From: an uncultured Aquihabitans sp.
Lineage (GTDB): Bacteria; Actinomycetota; Acidimicrobiia; Acidimicrobiales; Microtrichaceae
DNA: 64,000 bases
Assembly (NCBI GenBank): GCA_964575165.1
Contig: CAZNQK010000003.1
Span: forward strand, 10,860 to 74,859
Direction: 5' to 3'
The translations under genes were made by a program, and so were the position numbers. The notes under the pieces were generated by a model. That model saw only the letters and a program-made list of their open reading frames with translations. It made no database searches and was not told the DNA's origin. Positions 1 through 8,838 of the stretch are shown here, in pieces; positions within the stretch are counted from its first letter, which is position 1; each line of letters starts with the position of its first letter.

Positions 1-480
1 CCCGACCGCATCGTCGTCGGCGAGTGCCGTTCAGGTGAGGCGCTCGACATGCTCCAGGCCATGAACACGGGCCACGACGGCTCGCTCACCACGGTCCACG
101 CCAACAGCCCACGCGACACGCTCGCCCGTCTCGAGACCCTCGTGCTGATGGCCGGGTTCGACCTGCCGGTGAGGGCGATCCGGGAGCAGATGGCCTCGGC
201 GATCGACGTCATCGTCCAGCTCCAGAGGCTCCGTGACGGCACACGACGCGTCACCCACGTCACCGAGGTCCAGGGCATGGAGGGCGACGTCATCACCCTC
301 CAGGACGTGTTCCTGTTCGACTTCGGTGCCGGCGTCGACGAGAACGGCCGCTACCGGGGTCAGCTCCAGGCAACCGGCGTCCGGCCGAAGTTCGCGGAGA
401 AGCTGGCCGACCAGGGCATCCGCCTCGGCCCGGAGGTCTTCTCCCGGGACGGCGGGCGCAAGGCGGTGACCGGCCGGTGA
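1..480 (+). CDS. tadA: Tad/Flp pilus secretion ATPase (CpaF/TadA family), C-terminal part; 5' end lies upstream of the window
   Basis: Frame 1 is open from base 1. The tail [35 protein letters not shown]...[21 protein letters not shown] is the conserved C-terminal block of CpaF/VirB11-type ATPases. The stop overlaps the next start (GTGA, 477-480). Confidence 0.85.
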   Translation, partial: PDRIVVGECRSGEALDMLQAMNTGHDGSLTTVHANSPRDTLARLETLVLMAGFDLPVRAIREQMASAIDVIVQLQRLRDGTRRVTHVTEVQGMEGDVITLQDVFLFDFGAGVDENGRYRGQLQATGVRPKFAEKLADQGIRLGPEVFSRDGGRKAVTGR

Positions 481-2429
481 CTGGGCCAGCACGACCGATG
501 CGGACGCGTCAACCCATCGCTGCTCTTGCCGCAGGGTTCGCCGCGCTCGCCTGCCTCCTCGGCGTGCTCGCCGTGGTGTCTCCCGCGGGCGCCGCTGACT
601 CGCCGCCGTCGCAGCTCACCGTGCAGAGCGTCAACTCCCGGACCGATGACGTCGCGGTCATGGGTGACCTACTTGGTGCCGATCCGGCCGACCTGCGCGC
701 CACCGTGGGCGGCGAGACGGTCCAGGGCGACATCGCCAGCGGCAACGACCTCCCACTCGATGCGGTGGTCGTGCTCGACAACTCTGCTGCACTCGGCAAC
801 GCGACCGTGCAGCTGGCCAAGCAGGCTCTGGCTCCGCTGTTGCCGGGCAAGGGCGTGACTCGATCGCTGGCCCTGGTCACCACGGGCGGCGGTGCCGCGG
901 TGGAGATCGGAGCGACGACCTCTCCGGAAGCCTTCCAGGCCGCGCTCGGCGCGGTCGAACCCCGTGGGACGTCCGCGACGTGGGACGGCCTCGTCCGCGC
1001 AGCCGACATGCTCGAGGAGGGCGGGCTGGCCCAGCGCAGCGTGATCCTGTTCTCCGCGTCGGCTCCGTCCGGTGGGACGGCGACGGCGACGACGGCGCAG
1101 GGCGCTCTGGGCCAGGCGAGCTCTCAGCTCCGTGCCGTCGTGATGCCCCGCGGTGCCGACGTCGAGGGCATCGACAACATGGTGGCCGTGCTCGGAGGGT
1201 CGGTGACCCAGGCAGCCGACGAGAACGCTCTCGCCGGAGCGTTCGGCTCCCTCGCAGAGGTGTTGAGCGGACGCTTCGTGTTCCAGTTCCCTGCTCCGGC
1301 AGGAGCCGAGGGCAGCACCGAACTGACCATGTCGGCCGGCAAGCTCTCGAGCACCGTGGCCTACGTCCCGGGCACCGTGAAGACGGGATCGGCCAACCTC
1401 GCGCCCCCCGTCGCCGAGGCGCCGGGGCTCGTGTCGAGGATCCTCGGCAACCCGATCGGTCTCATCCTGGTGGTCCTGATCGGCTTCGGCGCCGTCGCAC
1501 TGTTCATCTGGACGCTGCTGTTGATGGTGTTGCCCAGCTCGGACTCGCTGAACCGACGCCTCGAGGTGTACCAGGACTCGTACTCGGAGGGCGGCGACGG
1601 GGACGTCGAGCACGCCAACCACACGACGGTGCCGATCATCCGACGGGCGGTGGACTTCACCGGTGACGTCGCGCAGCGTCGTGGGTTGCTGGAGAAGCTG
1701 GAGGGCGACCTCGAGCGGGCCAACCTCCCGCTCAGGGGAGCCGAGGCGCTGTTCTTCCTGTTCGTCGGCGTCGGGCTGGTCTCGCTCCTGGTGTTCGCGC
1801 TCACACGCAACCCGTTGGTGACGTTGATCGTGGCGGGCGTGGGCGTGTTCCTACCCCGAGCCATCCTCAGCATCCAGGTGCGGCGCCGCTGCAAGGCCTT
1901 CGAACGCCAGCTTCCCGACACCCTCACCCTGATGGCAGGTACGTTGCGCGCCGGCTACTCGATCGGCCAGGGCTTCGAGGCCGTCTCGACCGAGATCCCG
2001 GATCCGATGGGTCGGGAGCTGCGTCGGGTCGTCACCGAGACCCGACTCGGCCGGCCGTTGGAGGAGTCCCTCGAAGCCGTGGCGGAGCGGATGCAGAGCG
2101 ACGACTTCAGCTGGGCCGTGATGGCCATCAAGATCCAGCGGGAGGTCGGCGGCAACCTGGCCGAGCTCCTCGTCACGGTCGCAGAGACGATGACCCAGCG
2201 TGAACGGCTGCGACGGGACGTCGCCACCCTCACGGCCGAGGGTCGCATGAGTGCGATAGTCCTCGGTCTCCTCCCGCCGGGCCTGGGGCTCGTCATGTGG
2301 GCGATCAACCCGTCGTACATGTCCAGGCTGATGCAGCCCGGTCTCGGATACATCCTCCTCGGACTCGGCGTCGTTTCGATGCTCATCGGGTTCGCGTGGA
2401 TGAAGAAGATCATCACGATCGAGGTGTGA
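477..2429 (+). CDS. tadB: TadB-type (GspF family) pilus platform protein fused to an N-terminal signal peptide plus vWA-like extracytoplasmic domain
   Basis: 650-aa ORF. The N-terminus has a signal/TM segment ([26 protein letters not shown]). It is followed by [12 protein letters not shown]...GTSATWDGL...VILFSAS, resembling a vWA fold with degenerate MIDAS. The C-terminal ~300 aa ([31 protein letters not shown]...[15 protein letters not shown]) is the T2SS-F/TadB module with TM helices. ATG 498 is an alternative start. Confidence 0.75.
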   Translation: MTGPARPMRTRQPIAALAAGFAALACLLGVLAVVSPAGAADSPPSQLTVQSVNSRTDDVAVMGDLLGADPADLRATVGGETVQGDIASGNDLPLDAVVVLDNSAALGNATVQLAKQALAPLLPGKGVTRSLALVTTGGGAAVEIGATTSPEAFQAALGAVEPRGTSATWDGLVRAADMLEEGGLAQRSVILFSASAPSGGTATATTAQGALGQASSQLRAVVMPRGADVEGIDNMVAVLGGSVTQAADENALAGAFGSLAEVLSGRFVFQFPAPAGAEGSTELTMSAGKLSSTVAYVPGTVKTGSANLAPPVAEAPGLVSRILGNPIGLILVVLIGFGAVALFIWTLLLMVLPSSDSLNRRLEVYQDSYSEGGDGDVEHANHTTVPIIRRAVDFTGDVAQRRGLLEKLEGDLERANLPLRGAEALFFLFVGVGLVSLLVFALTRNPLVTLIVAGVGVFLPRAILSIQVRRRCKAFERQLPDTLTLMAGTLRAGYSIGQGFEAVSTEIPDPMGRELRRVVTETRLGRPLEESLEAVAERMQSDDFSWAVMAIKIQREVGGNLAELLVTVAETMTQRERLRRDVATLTAEGRMSAIVLGLLPPGLGLVMWAINPSYMSRLMQPGLGYILLGLGVVSMLIGFAWMKKIITIEV

Positions 2430-2433
2430 ACAG

Positions 2434-3360
2434 ATGTCGCCGATGCTCATGATCTCCGTCCTCCTGCTAGCGGTCGCCGTCGGTGCCGCTGTGTGGGCGG
2501 TGCTGTCGCAGCTCGATGAACGCCAGGTCGTCCGTGACGCTCTGCGTCAACTCGACGGCTACGAGGTCGAGAACCAACGCGACCAGCAGATGCTGGCACC
2601 GCTCAAGGACCGGGCCATCGGTCCGCTCGTCGAAGGCGTGACGGGACTCGGCAAGCGACTGACACCCGTCGGCTACGTCGACAAGGTGAAGCAGAAGCTG
2701 GTCTACGCGGGCACGCCGGAGCAGTCAGCCGTCGACCGCTTCCTGGCGATCCGTGTCGTGACGATCGGCCTGGCCGTGGTGGCCTTCGTGCTGCTGTTCC
2801 TGTTCAACATCCTCGGCCTGTCGGGGATGCTGCGGGTCGCTGCTCCCGCGGTGGTGATCCTCGGTCTGGTGCTCGGCCCCGACACCATCCTCAACCGGAA
2901 GGTCGAGGAGCGTCAGCACGAGATCCAGATCACCCTCCCCGACGTTATGGACCTGCTGACGATCTCGGTCGAGGCGGGTCTCGGCTTCGAGCAGGCCCTG
3001 GACCGTGTGGTCAACTCGGTGCCGGGTCCTCTGTCGGACGAGTTCTCCCGAATGCTCGGCGAGACCCGTGCCGGTTCGGCGCGCTCGGACGCGATGCGGG
3101 CGATGGACGAGCGGTGCAACGTGCCCGAGCTCCGCTCCTTCGTCATGGCCATCATCCAGGCGGACCAGTTCGGCGTCTCGATCGGCCGGGTGTTGCGGGG
3201 CCAGGCGGACGAGATGCGCATCAAGCGGCGTCAGATGGCTCAGGAGCGGGCGCAGAAGGCTCCCGTGAAGATGCTCATCCCGATGGTCTTCTGCATCTTC
3301 CCGGCTCTGTTCGTCGTGGTGATCGGCCCGGCGATCATGAACATCCGCGAGAGCCTGTGA
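2434..3360 (+). CDS. tadC: TadC-type (GspF family) pilus platform protein
   Basis: 308 aa with an N-terminal TM. Contains the LPDVMDLLTISVEAGLGFEQALDRV and AIIQADQFGVSIGRVLRGQADEMR motifs typical of T2SS-F domain proteins, plus C-terminal TM helices. Lies 4 nt after tadB. Confidence 0.8.
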   Translation: MSPMLMISVLLLAVAVGAAVWAVLSQLDERQVVRDALRQLDGYEVENQRDQQMLAPLKDRAIGPLVEGVTGLGKRLTPVGYVDKVKQKLVYAGTPEQSAVDRFLAIRVVTIGLAVVAFVLLFLFNILGLSGMLRVAAPAVVILGLVLGPDTILNRKVEERQHEIQITLPDVMDLLTISVEAGLGFEQALDRVVNSVPGPLSDEFSRMLGETRAGSARSDAMRAMDERCNVPELRSFVMAIIQADQFGVSIGRVLRGQADEMRIKRRQMAQERAQKAPVKMLIPMVFCIFPALFVVVIGPAIMNIRESL

Positions 3361-4925
3361 CCGACACGGCCCCGCGCCTCGCCCGTTCTCCCGGCGAGGC
3401 GGGTCAGCGGCTGGACGCGGTGGACGCCGACAACGGGGTCGGTGACCACCGCGACCGGCGCGAGGTGACCTGGGCCGACGGCGGCGTCGGAGTGCTGGTG
3501 GCCGGCGCGCTGGCCTTCGTGGCGGCGCGCCCACTGGTCGACAACAGCTTCCTGACCCACCTGGCGACGGGGCGGATCTTCCTCGCCGACGGGTTCCCGA
3601 CCACGAACCCGTTCCTGTACTCCTCGACCGACTTCCCGTTGCCCAGCTGGTTGTGGTCCGTGGTCCTCGGCGTCACCGATGCCGTCGGCGGAGGCGTGGG
3701 AATCCGGATCCTGACCGCGGTGCTGGCGGCTGTCCTAGGCCTTGTCGTGGTCCGACTGACCCGCCCGTACGAGGGGCCCGCGGGCGACCTCCCGATGCTC
3801 CCGCAGTCCGCCGTCGACGGGGTGACAGCAGCGCCCCGCTCGCTGCTGTCGATCGTGCTGCCCACCGTGTGCGTGCTGGTCACGCTGATGCCGTTCCTGA
3901 ACGCCCGCCCGCAGCTCCCCGGTTACCTGCTCCTGGCGACGACGGTGCTGGTGGTCAAGGAGCGTCGTTCTCCCTGGTGGCTCGTGCCGATCTTCGCCCT
4001 GTGGCTGAACATCCACGGGACCTGGATGTACGGACTGGCGGTGCTCGGACTGCTGGTGGTCGTCCAGGTCCTCGACGACCGTCGTGTCCGTCCGTCCCAG
4101 GTGGGTTGCGCTGCGGCGGCCGTGCTCGGTGTGGTCGTCGGGGGTGTCGTCGGACCGGAGCCCTTCAGGCTGATCGGGCTGCCCTTCGAGCAGTTCGGCG
4201 ACGATCGTGCCCGGCGGGCCATCTCGTCCTACGTCGAGTGGCAGCCGTCGGGTTGGGGTCACCCCCTGACGTGGATGCTGATGGCGATGGGGCTCGTCGC
4301 CGTGTTCGGAGCCGTGCGGTCCCGTCGTTGGGGGGTCCTGGTCGGCTCGGTCGCGATGGTGGCCATGGGGCTCTCGGCCGGGCGCCTCCTGCCGTTGGCT
4401 GCCATCACGCTCGTGCCGTGGGTGTCCGCCGGCCTCCGGCTCCTCGCTGTGGCGGAGTCGATGCAGCTCCCCGGGGGTCGCCGTGCCCGGGCTCTCGCCG
4501 TGACGGGTGCGGCCCTGGGCGTCGTCTCGTTTGGTTGGATCCTGCTCACGCCGCCCTACGACCTGTCGAGCTACCCGGTGGAGGCGGTGGACTGGTTGCA
4601 GGTCAGGGGACTGGCCGGATCGTCGGAGGTGAAGGTCGCGTCGCACGACTTCGTCGGCAACTACCTCGACTGGCGCTTCGGGGATCGGGCGAACACGTTC
4701 GTCGACGACCGCGCGGACGTGGATGCGATCCTCGACTACGGGGTGCTGAAGGACCTGGATCGCGGGTGGCGATCCGCTCTGGGACGCACCGACGCCGACG
4801 TGATCGTGTGGCAGACCGACGAGAAGCTGACCTCACGACTCGACGAGCCGGACTGGTACAGGGCGGGCAGGTTCGGCGACTTCAGCGTCTTCTGCCGGAG
4901 CTCCATCGCCGATCGCTGCTCGTGA
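3357..4925 (+). CDS. Polytopic integral membrane protein (about 10-12 TM) with a ~120-aa C-terminal soluble domain; function unknown (GT-C-like architecture)
   Basis: GTG at 3357 is in frame with the 3114..4925 ORF and overlaps the tadC stop (GTGA). Upstream of 3357 the ORF merely shadows tadC. Hydrophobic segments run throughout, followed by a hydrophilic tail (PYDLSSYPVEAVDWLQVRGL...). Confidence 0.6.
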   Translation: MTDTAPRLARSPGEAGQRLDAVDADNGVGDHRDRREVTWADGGVGVLVAGALAFVAARPLVDNSFLTHLATGRIFLADGFPTTNPFLYSSTDFPLPSWLWSVVLGVTDAVGGGVGIRILTAVLAAVLGLVVVRLTRPYEGPAGDLPMLPQSAVDGVTAAPRSLLSIVLPTVCVLVTLMPFLNARPQLPGYLLLATTVLVVKERRSPWWLVPIFALWLNIHGTWMYGLAVLGLLVVVQVLDDRRVRPSQVGCAAAAVLGVVVGGVVGPEPFRLIGLPFEQFGDDRARRAISSYVEWQPSGWGHPLTWMLMAMGLVAVFGAVRSRRWGVLVGSVAMVAMGLSAGRLLPLAAITLVPWVSAGLRLLAVAESMQLPGGRRARALAVTGAALGVVSFGWILLTPPYDLSSYPVEAVDWLQVRGLAGSSEVKVASHDFVGNYLDWRFGDRANTFVDDRADVDAILDYGVLKDLDRGWRSALGRTDADVIVWQTDEKLTSRLDEPDWYRAGRFGDFSVFCRSSIADRCS

Positions 4926-5886
4926 CCCTGGGTCGGCGGTCCGGGGATCGCCAGTCGCGGATCCAGCTGTCGGGAGGGCCGTGCATGTCGGGCGTGTCAC
5001 CGGCGTGGGCGTTGAGCCGGGCGGTCCACCAGTCGGTCCACGTCTCGTCGGCGAGCTCGGCGATCGCCCGTTCCAGGCGGGAGGCGAAGCGTCGTGCGTC
5101 CTCGCCGTCGAGCGGTCGGAGCGGGGCCCCGATGTTCACCTCGATGCTGCCGGGCGTCGGGACGTTGTCGCCCTTGGGCAGGATGCGGCCCGTCCCGTCG
5201 ATGTGGATGGGCACCACCGGCACGCCGCAGCGCACGGCCAGGTAGGCGGCGCCTCCCTTGTGGGTCTGGCCCCATCCGTCCGGGCTGCGGCCCCCCTCGG
5301 GGAAGATGAGCAGCGACCAGCCGTCGTCGACCAGGCGGGCGGATGAGTCGGCCGAGCGTCGGCTGACCCTCTTGCGCTCCATCGGGATCGCTCCGTAGGC
5401 CCAGGCCATCAGCGCCGCCTTCGGGCGGGTGTCGAAGAAGTGGTCTGCCGCCGCCGCGACGACCATCTCGCCTCTCCAGGGCTGCGGGAGCCGGGTGAGC
5501 AGCAGAGGGGTGTCGAGGTGGCTGTGGTGGTTGGCCACGAAGATGGCGTTGGTGCCGAGGTCCTCGAGGCGGTCGAGGTTGCGGACCGTCGGACGTGCGA
5601 GCGCCCTGGTGCCGGCCCGGCCGACGGTCTCCATGAGAGCGCGCCGGGTGGCCCTGGCGAGCGGTCGTCGGGCCCAGTCCGTGTCGTAGCGGTCACCGAG
5701 CTCGTCGGGCTCCTCTGGCGGCTCGACGCCCACGGGCGTGGGTGCGGCGGTCCACGGGAACCCGTGGCGACGTGCTACCCGCGCGGGGCTGAGCGTGGCC
5801 GTCAGTCGTCGCAGGCGGTCAGGGTCGAGCATGCGCTCGAGCGGACCGGGGCGGTCGGCCTCGTCGGCACGGTGCCTGGGTGACAT
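4882..5886 (-). CDS. Lysophospholipid / 1-acyl-sn-glycerol-3-phosphate acyltransferase family protein (PlsC-like)
   Basis: HX4D motif (NHHSHLDTPLLL) and FPEGGRS motif in the translated 334-aa ORF. Last gene of a co-directional 4-gene string. Confidence 0.8.
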   Translation of the reverse strand: MSPRHRADEADRPGPLERMLDPDRLRRLTATLSPARVARRHGFPWTAAPTPVGVEPPEEPDELGDRYDTDWARRPLARATRRALMETVGRAGTRALARPTVRNLDRLEDLGTNAIFVANHHSHLDTPLLLTRLPQPWRGEMVVAAAADHFFDTRPKAALMAWAYGAIPMERKRVSRRSADSSARLVDDGWSLLIFPEGGRSPDGWGQTHKGGAAYLAVRCGVPVVPIHIDGTGRILPKGDNVPTPGSIEVNIGAPLRPLDGEDARRFASRLERAIAELADETWTDWWTARLNAHAGDTPDMHGPPDSWIRDWRSPDRRPRVTSSDRRWSSGRRR

Positions 5887-5893
5887 CCCTGCC

Positions 5894-7549
5894 TCAGCTC
5901 ACGTCCGCCATCGACAGCGGCGGGTTCTTGAAGTAGGTGACGGTCGGCTGCGGGCCGACGACGTCGGTCGCCATCTCGAGGGCGTCGGTCATGGTCGACG
6001 CCGGCCGGAACCCGAGCCGCCGGACGGTCGCCGGGTCGCCACCGACGACGATCACACCGCCGAGGTGCTCGAGTGCGTGGCTGCCCCAGTACCACATGTA
6101 GAAGGGGTGGACGCCGTGGTAGGCGTTGGAGGTCCGGTACAGGTGGCGGTACCAGTCGTCGGTGGCGAAGCGCTCCTCGTACCGCGCCTCCATGACCTCG
6201 GGGTCGGTCGTGTCGGCCAGCACCTCCTCGAAGAAGTCGATGTAGCTCGGGTGGTGCACCGGGTGGAACTCTGGCGTGGTCGGGTGGCTCATGATGAGCA
6301 CTCCGCCCTCGCGGACGAGGGGCCGACCCCTGTAGAGGTTGAAGAAGTAGCCGAGCCCCAGGCACATGACCAGGATCGGGTTCATGATCGAGTTCACGTT
6401 GTAGGGGCAGATGTACGGGAGCCCGAGCGTGAGGATGTCGGTCTGGCCCTCGACCGACACGAGTTGCTGGTCGTAGACGTGCTGGGTGGTGAGGCGGTGC
6501 ACGGCCTCGACCTCGCCGGCCTGCACCGACGTCATCGCGTACGGCGCCCGCCACCCGTGGAGGATCTTGCGACGGTTGGTGGGAGACAGCCGGTCGAGTC
6601 CGGCCTTCGCGGCCATGAACGTGGCCCGGTCCCGGGCGTTCCACTCCCACTCCCGCTTGGCGAGGACGCGCATCGGGCCGTCGCCGTACAGGTCGTTGTT
6701 GACCGTGGTCTCGATCTGGAACACCTTGATGCCGGCGTCGCGGAGCACCTCGCCCTGACGCCAGTTGCGGGTGTGGAGCTCGGATTGCTCCTGGTCCATG
6801 AAGCTGCGTGACCGGCGCATGGTGTGGACGTTGTGGTGGTGGCGCAGCGCCTGGTACCCCGACAGTCCGGTCGCGGTGGACTTCCAACCGCCGTCCATCG
6901 ACACGAGGTTGATGTTCACGTACACGATCAGGTCCGACTCGGCGGCCCGCCTGGAGATCTGCACCTCTTCGCCGTGTCGGGTGGTCCCGACGAGCGTCAT
7001 CCCGTCGGGGTCCTCCGCGTCGTGGTTGTAGAGCTGACCCCGCGGCGCGAACGCGTCGTAGACGCGGTCTCCGACCGCGTGGCGCAGCTCGGCCTCGGTC
7101 ATGCGTCGGTGCAGCGCCAGAGCGGCGATCAGGTGCACGTCGGTGACGCCGGCCTCGGCGGCCAGATCGAGCACGGCCTCGATGACCCGTTGGCGTATGT
7201 CGGGACGGCGCATCTGCGGAAGAGGCAGCGAGATGTCGTCGAAGGCGATCGTCAGGCGCATGTCGGCGAACAGCAGTGCGGACAGCGGCTCGGAGTCGAT
7301 CGGGTTCTCGAGAGCGTGACGGATCGCCTCGTCCGGGTGGGAGAGGCCGGGCTGGGGCTCGGGCGGGTAGATGATCCGGCTGCGATCGGCCGGCAGCTTC
7401 TCGAGGCGGAGCTGCTCGCCGTGGTGGAACAGCACCGGTGGGGTGGAGCGGTCGACGTCGAGCACCAGTCCGGGCCTCGGCGTCGGACGGTCCTCCCTCC
7501 GCGTGGCGTGGGGCCGGGACGGTCGGTTGGTGGGTCGGGGGGCAGGCAC
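5894..7549 (-). CDS. LarA-like (DUF2088, nickel-pincer lactate racemase family) protein
   Basis: ENPIDSEPLSALL...LTIAFDDISLPLP...HLIAALALHRRMTEAEL...DLIVYVNINLVSMDGGWKS parallels the LarA N-domain pattern (NPIGS..., SDHTRP, ATGxHR, GGRKS with the cofactor lysine), as recalled from L. plantarum LarA. GTG start with AGGA 7 nt upstream. Confidence 0.7.
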   Translation of the reverse strand: MPAPRPTNRPSRPHATRREDRPTPRPGLVLDVDRSTPPVLFHHGEQLRLEKLPADRSRIIYPPEPQPGLSHPDEAIRHALENPIDSEPLSALLFADMRLTIAFDDISLPLPQMRRPDIRQRVIEAVLDLAAEAGVTDVHLIAALALHRRMTEAELRHAVGDRVYDAFAPRGQLYNHDAEDPDGMTLVGTTRHGEEVQISRRAAESDLIVYVNINLVSMDGGWKSTATGLSGYQALRHHHNVHTMRRSRSFMDQEQSELHTRNWRQGEVLRDAGIKVFQIETTVNNDLYGDGPMRVLAKREWEWNARDRATFMAAKAGLDRLSPTNRRKILHGWRAPYAMTSVQAGEVEAVHRLTTQHVYDQQLVSVEGQTDILTLGLPYICPYNVNSIMNPILVMCLGLGYFFNLYRGRPLVREGGVLIMSHPTTPEFHPVHHPSYIDFFEEVLADTTDPEVMEARYEERFATDDWYRHLYRTSNAYHGVHPFYMWYWGSHALEHLGGVIVVGGDPATVRRLGFRPASTMTDALEMATDVVGPQPTVTYFKNPPLSMADVS

Positions 7550-7583
7550 GGGATGGTCCTCGGGCGGTCGTGATGTCGGGCGA

Positions 7584-8834
7584 TCAGGCTGTCGTGGGCT
7601 CGGGTCGCAGGTCGAAGGCGATCTTGACGGCGCCGCGGCGGCCGGCGTCGGCGGCGTGGGCGATGGCGTCGTCGGCCCGCTCCAATGGGTAGGTCGCGGA
7701 CACGAGTCGACCGAGGTCCGCCGAGCGGACCAGGTCGAACGCCAGGTCGAAGGTCCGTGCAGAGCTGCCGTCGGCGAGCCGTTCGGTCCCGTAGGCGTAT
7801 GCGCCGACGAGCTCGATCTCGCGCTGCCACAGCGGCGTCAGGTCGACCCGGATGGCTCCGGGCATCCCGACCATCACGATGCGTCCGGTCGGGCGCGTGA
7901 TCGCCAGGGCGGTCATCAGGCTCTCAGCCGAACCGACACAATCGACGGTGACGTCCGCCCCGCCCGTCAGCCGACCGGTGGACCCGCGTCCCAACAGGTG
8001 GGTTGCGGTGCGCCGTCGTACGGCCCTGAGGAGCTCGTCGGGCTCGCAGACCACTGTGGCGCCGAGCTCCCGTGCCAGGGAACGCTGGTGCGGGTGCTTC
8101 GCTCCGATCACGGTCGAGACATCCGGAGCGAAGCGGTCCAGGGCTGCCAGCGTCAGCAGTCCGAGCGTGCCGGCGCCGATCACCGCGACCGTGTCACCCG
8201 GGCACGCCCGGGCCCGCAGGGCGGCGTGCACAGCACATGCGGTCGGCTCGACGACCACGGCTGCCTCATCTGTCATGTCGTCGGGGACGTCGTGGATCTG
8301 ACTGGGGTGGGCGACCATCCCCGTCGACCATCCGCCACCGGTGTCGCAGCAGAAACCGGTCTGGAGCCCTGCGTCGAGGTCGCCGTGCGCGATCAGCTCG
8401 CAGTTGCCCAGCCGGCCCTCGGCGCACGCGGTGCACGTGGGGGAGATGCCACGGGACGCACATCCCAGGACGGGTTCGACGACGACCCGCCGGGCGGCGT
8501 CATCGGTGTCGTGCGAGTCGGCAGTGGCGGCGACGACGTCGGCGACCACCTCGTGGCCGGGGACGAACGGGAACGACACGATCGGTTCGAACCATCGCGA
8601 GGAGCGTCCGTCGACGGTGGCCAGGTCCGATCCGCAGATCCCGGCCAGACGCGGTCTCAGCCGGACCCAGTCGAGACCCGGCAACGTGGGAGCGTAGTCG
8701 GTGACCAGCTCCAGTGGTCCGTACCGGGACCCGGCTCCGGGGCGGAGACCCGATGCCAGACGGGCGGCTCCGAAGCGCAGCGGATCGCGCTCGAACCGCA
8801 GGGCGCTCACCGGGGGAACGGAACGGGCGTTCAC
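7584..8834 (-). CDS. Zinc-dependent medium-chain alcohol/polyol dehydrogenase (MDR family)
   Basis: GICGSDL...PFVPGHEVVADV catalytic-zinc motifs, Cys-rich structural zinc loop (CTACAEGRLGNC) and Rossmann motif VIGAGTLGL. The start lies 4 nt after the upstream gene's stop. Confidence 0.8.
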   Translation of the reverse strand: MNARSVPPVSALRFERDPLRFGAARLASGLRPGAGSRYGPLELVTDYAPTLPGLDWVRLRPRLAGICGSDLATVDGRSSRWFEPIVSFPFVPGHEVVADVVAATADSHDTDDAARRVVVEPVLGCASRGISPTCTACAEGRLGNCELIAHGDLDAGLQTGFCCDTGGGWSTGMVAHPSQIHDVPDDMTDEAAVVVEPTACAVHAALRARACPGDTVAVIGAGTLGLLTLAALDRFAPDVSTVIGAKHPHQRSLARELGATVVCEPDELLRAVRRRTATHLLGRGSTGRLTGGADVTVDCVGSAESLMTALAITRPTGRIVMVGMPGAIRVDLTPLWQREIELVGAYAYGTERLADGSSARTFDLAFDLVRSADLGRLVSATYPLERADDAIAHAADAGRRGAVKIAFDLRPEPTTA

Positions 8835-8838
8835 CGGC

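Noticed and set aside
3114-3356. Upstream extension of the 603-aa ORF 3114..4925.
   Set aside because: It lies entirely inside tadC in another frame with an Arg/Gly/Pro-rich translation. The GTG at 3357, overlapping the tadC stop, is the sensible start.
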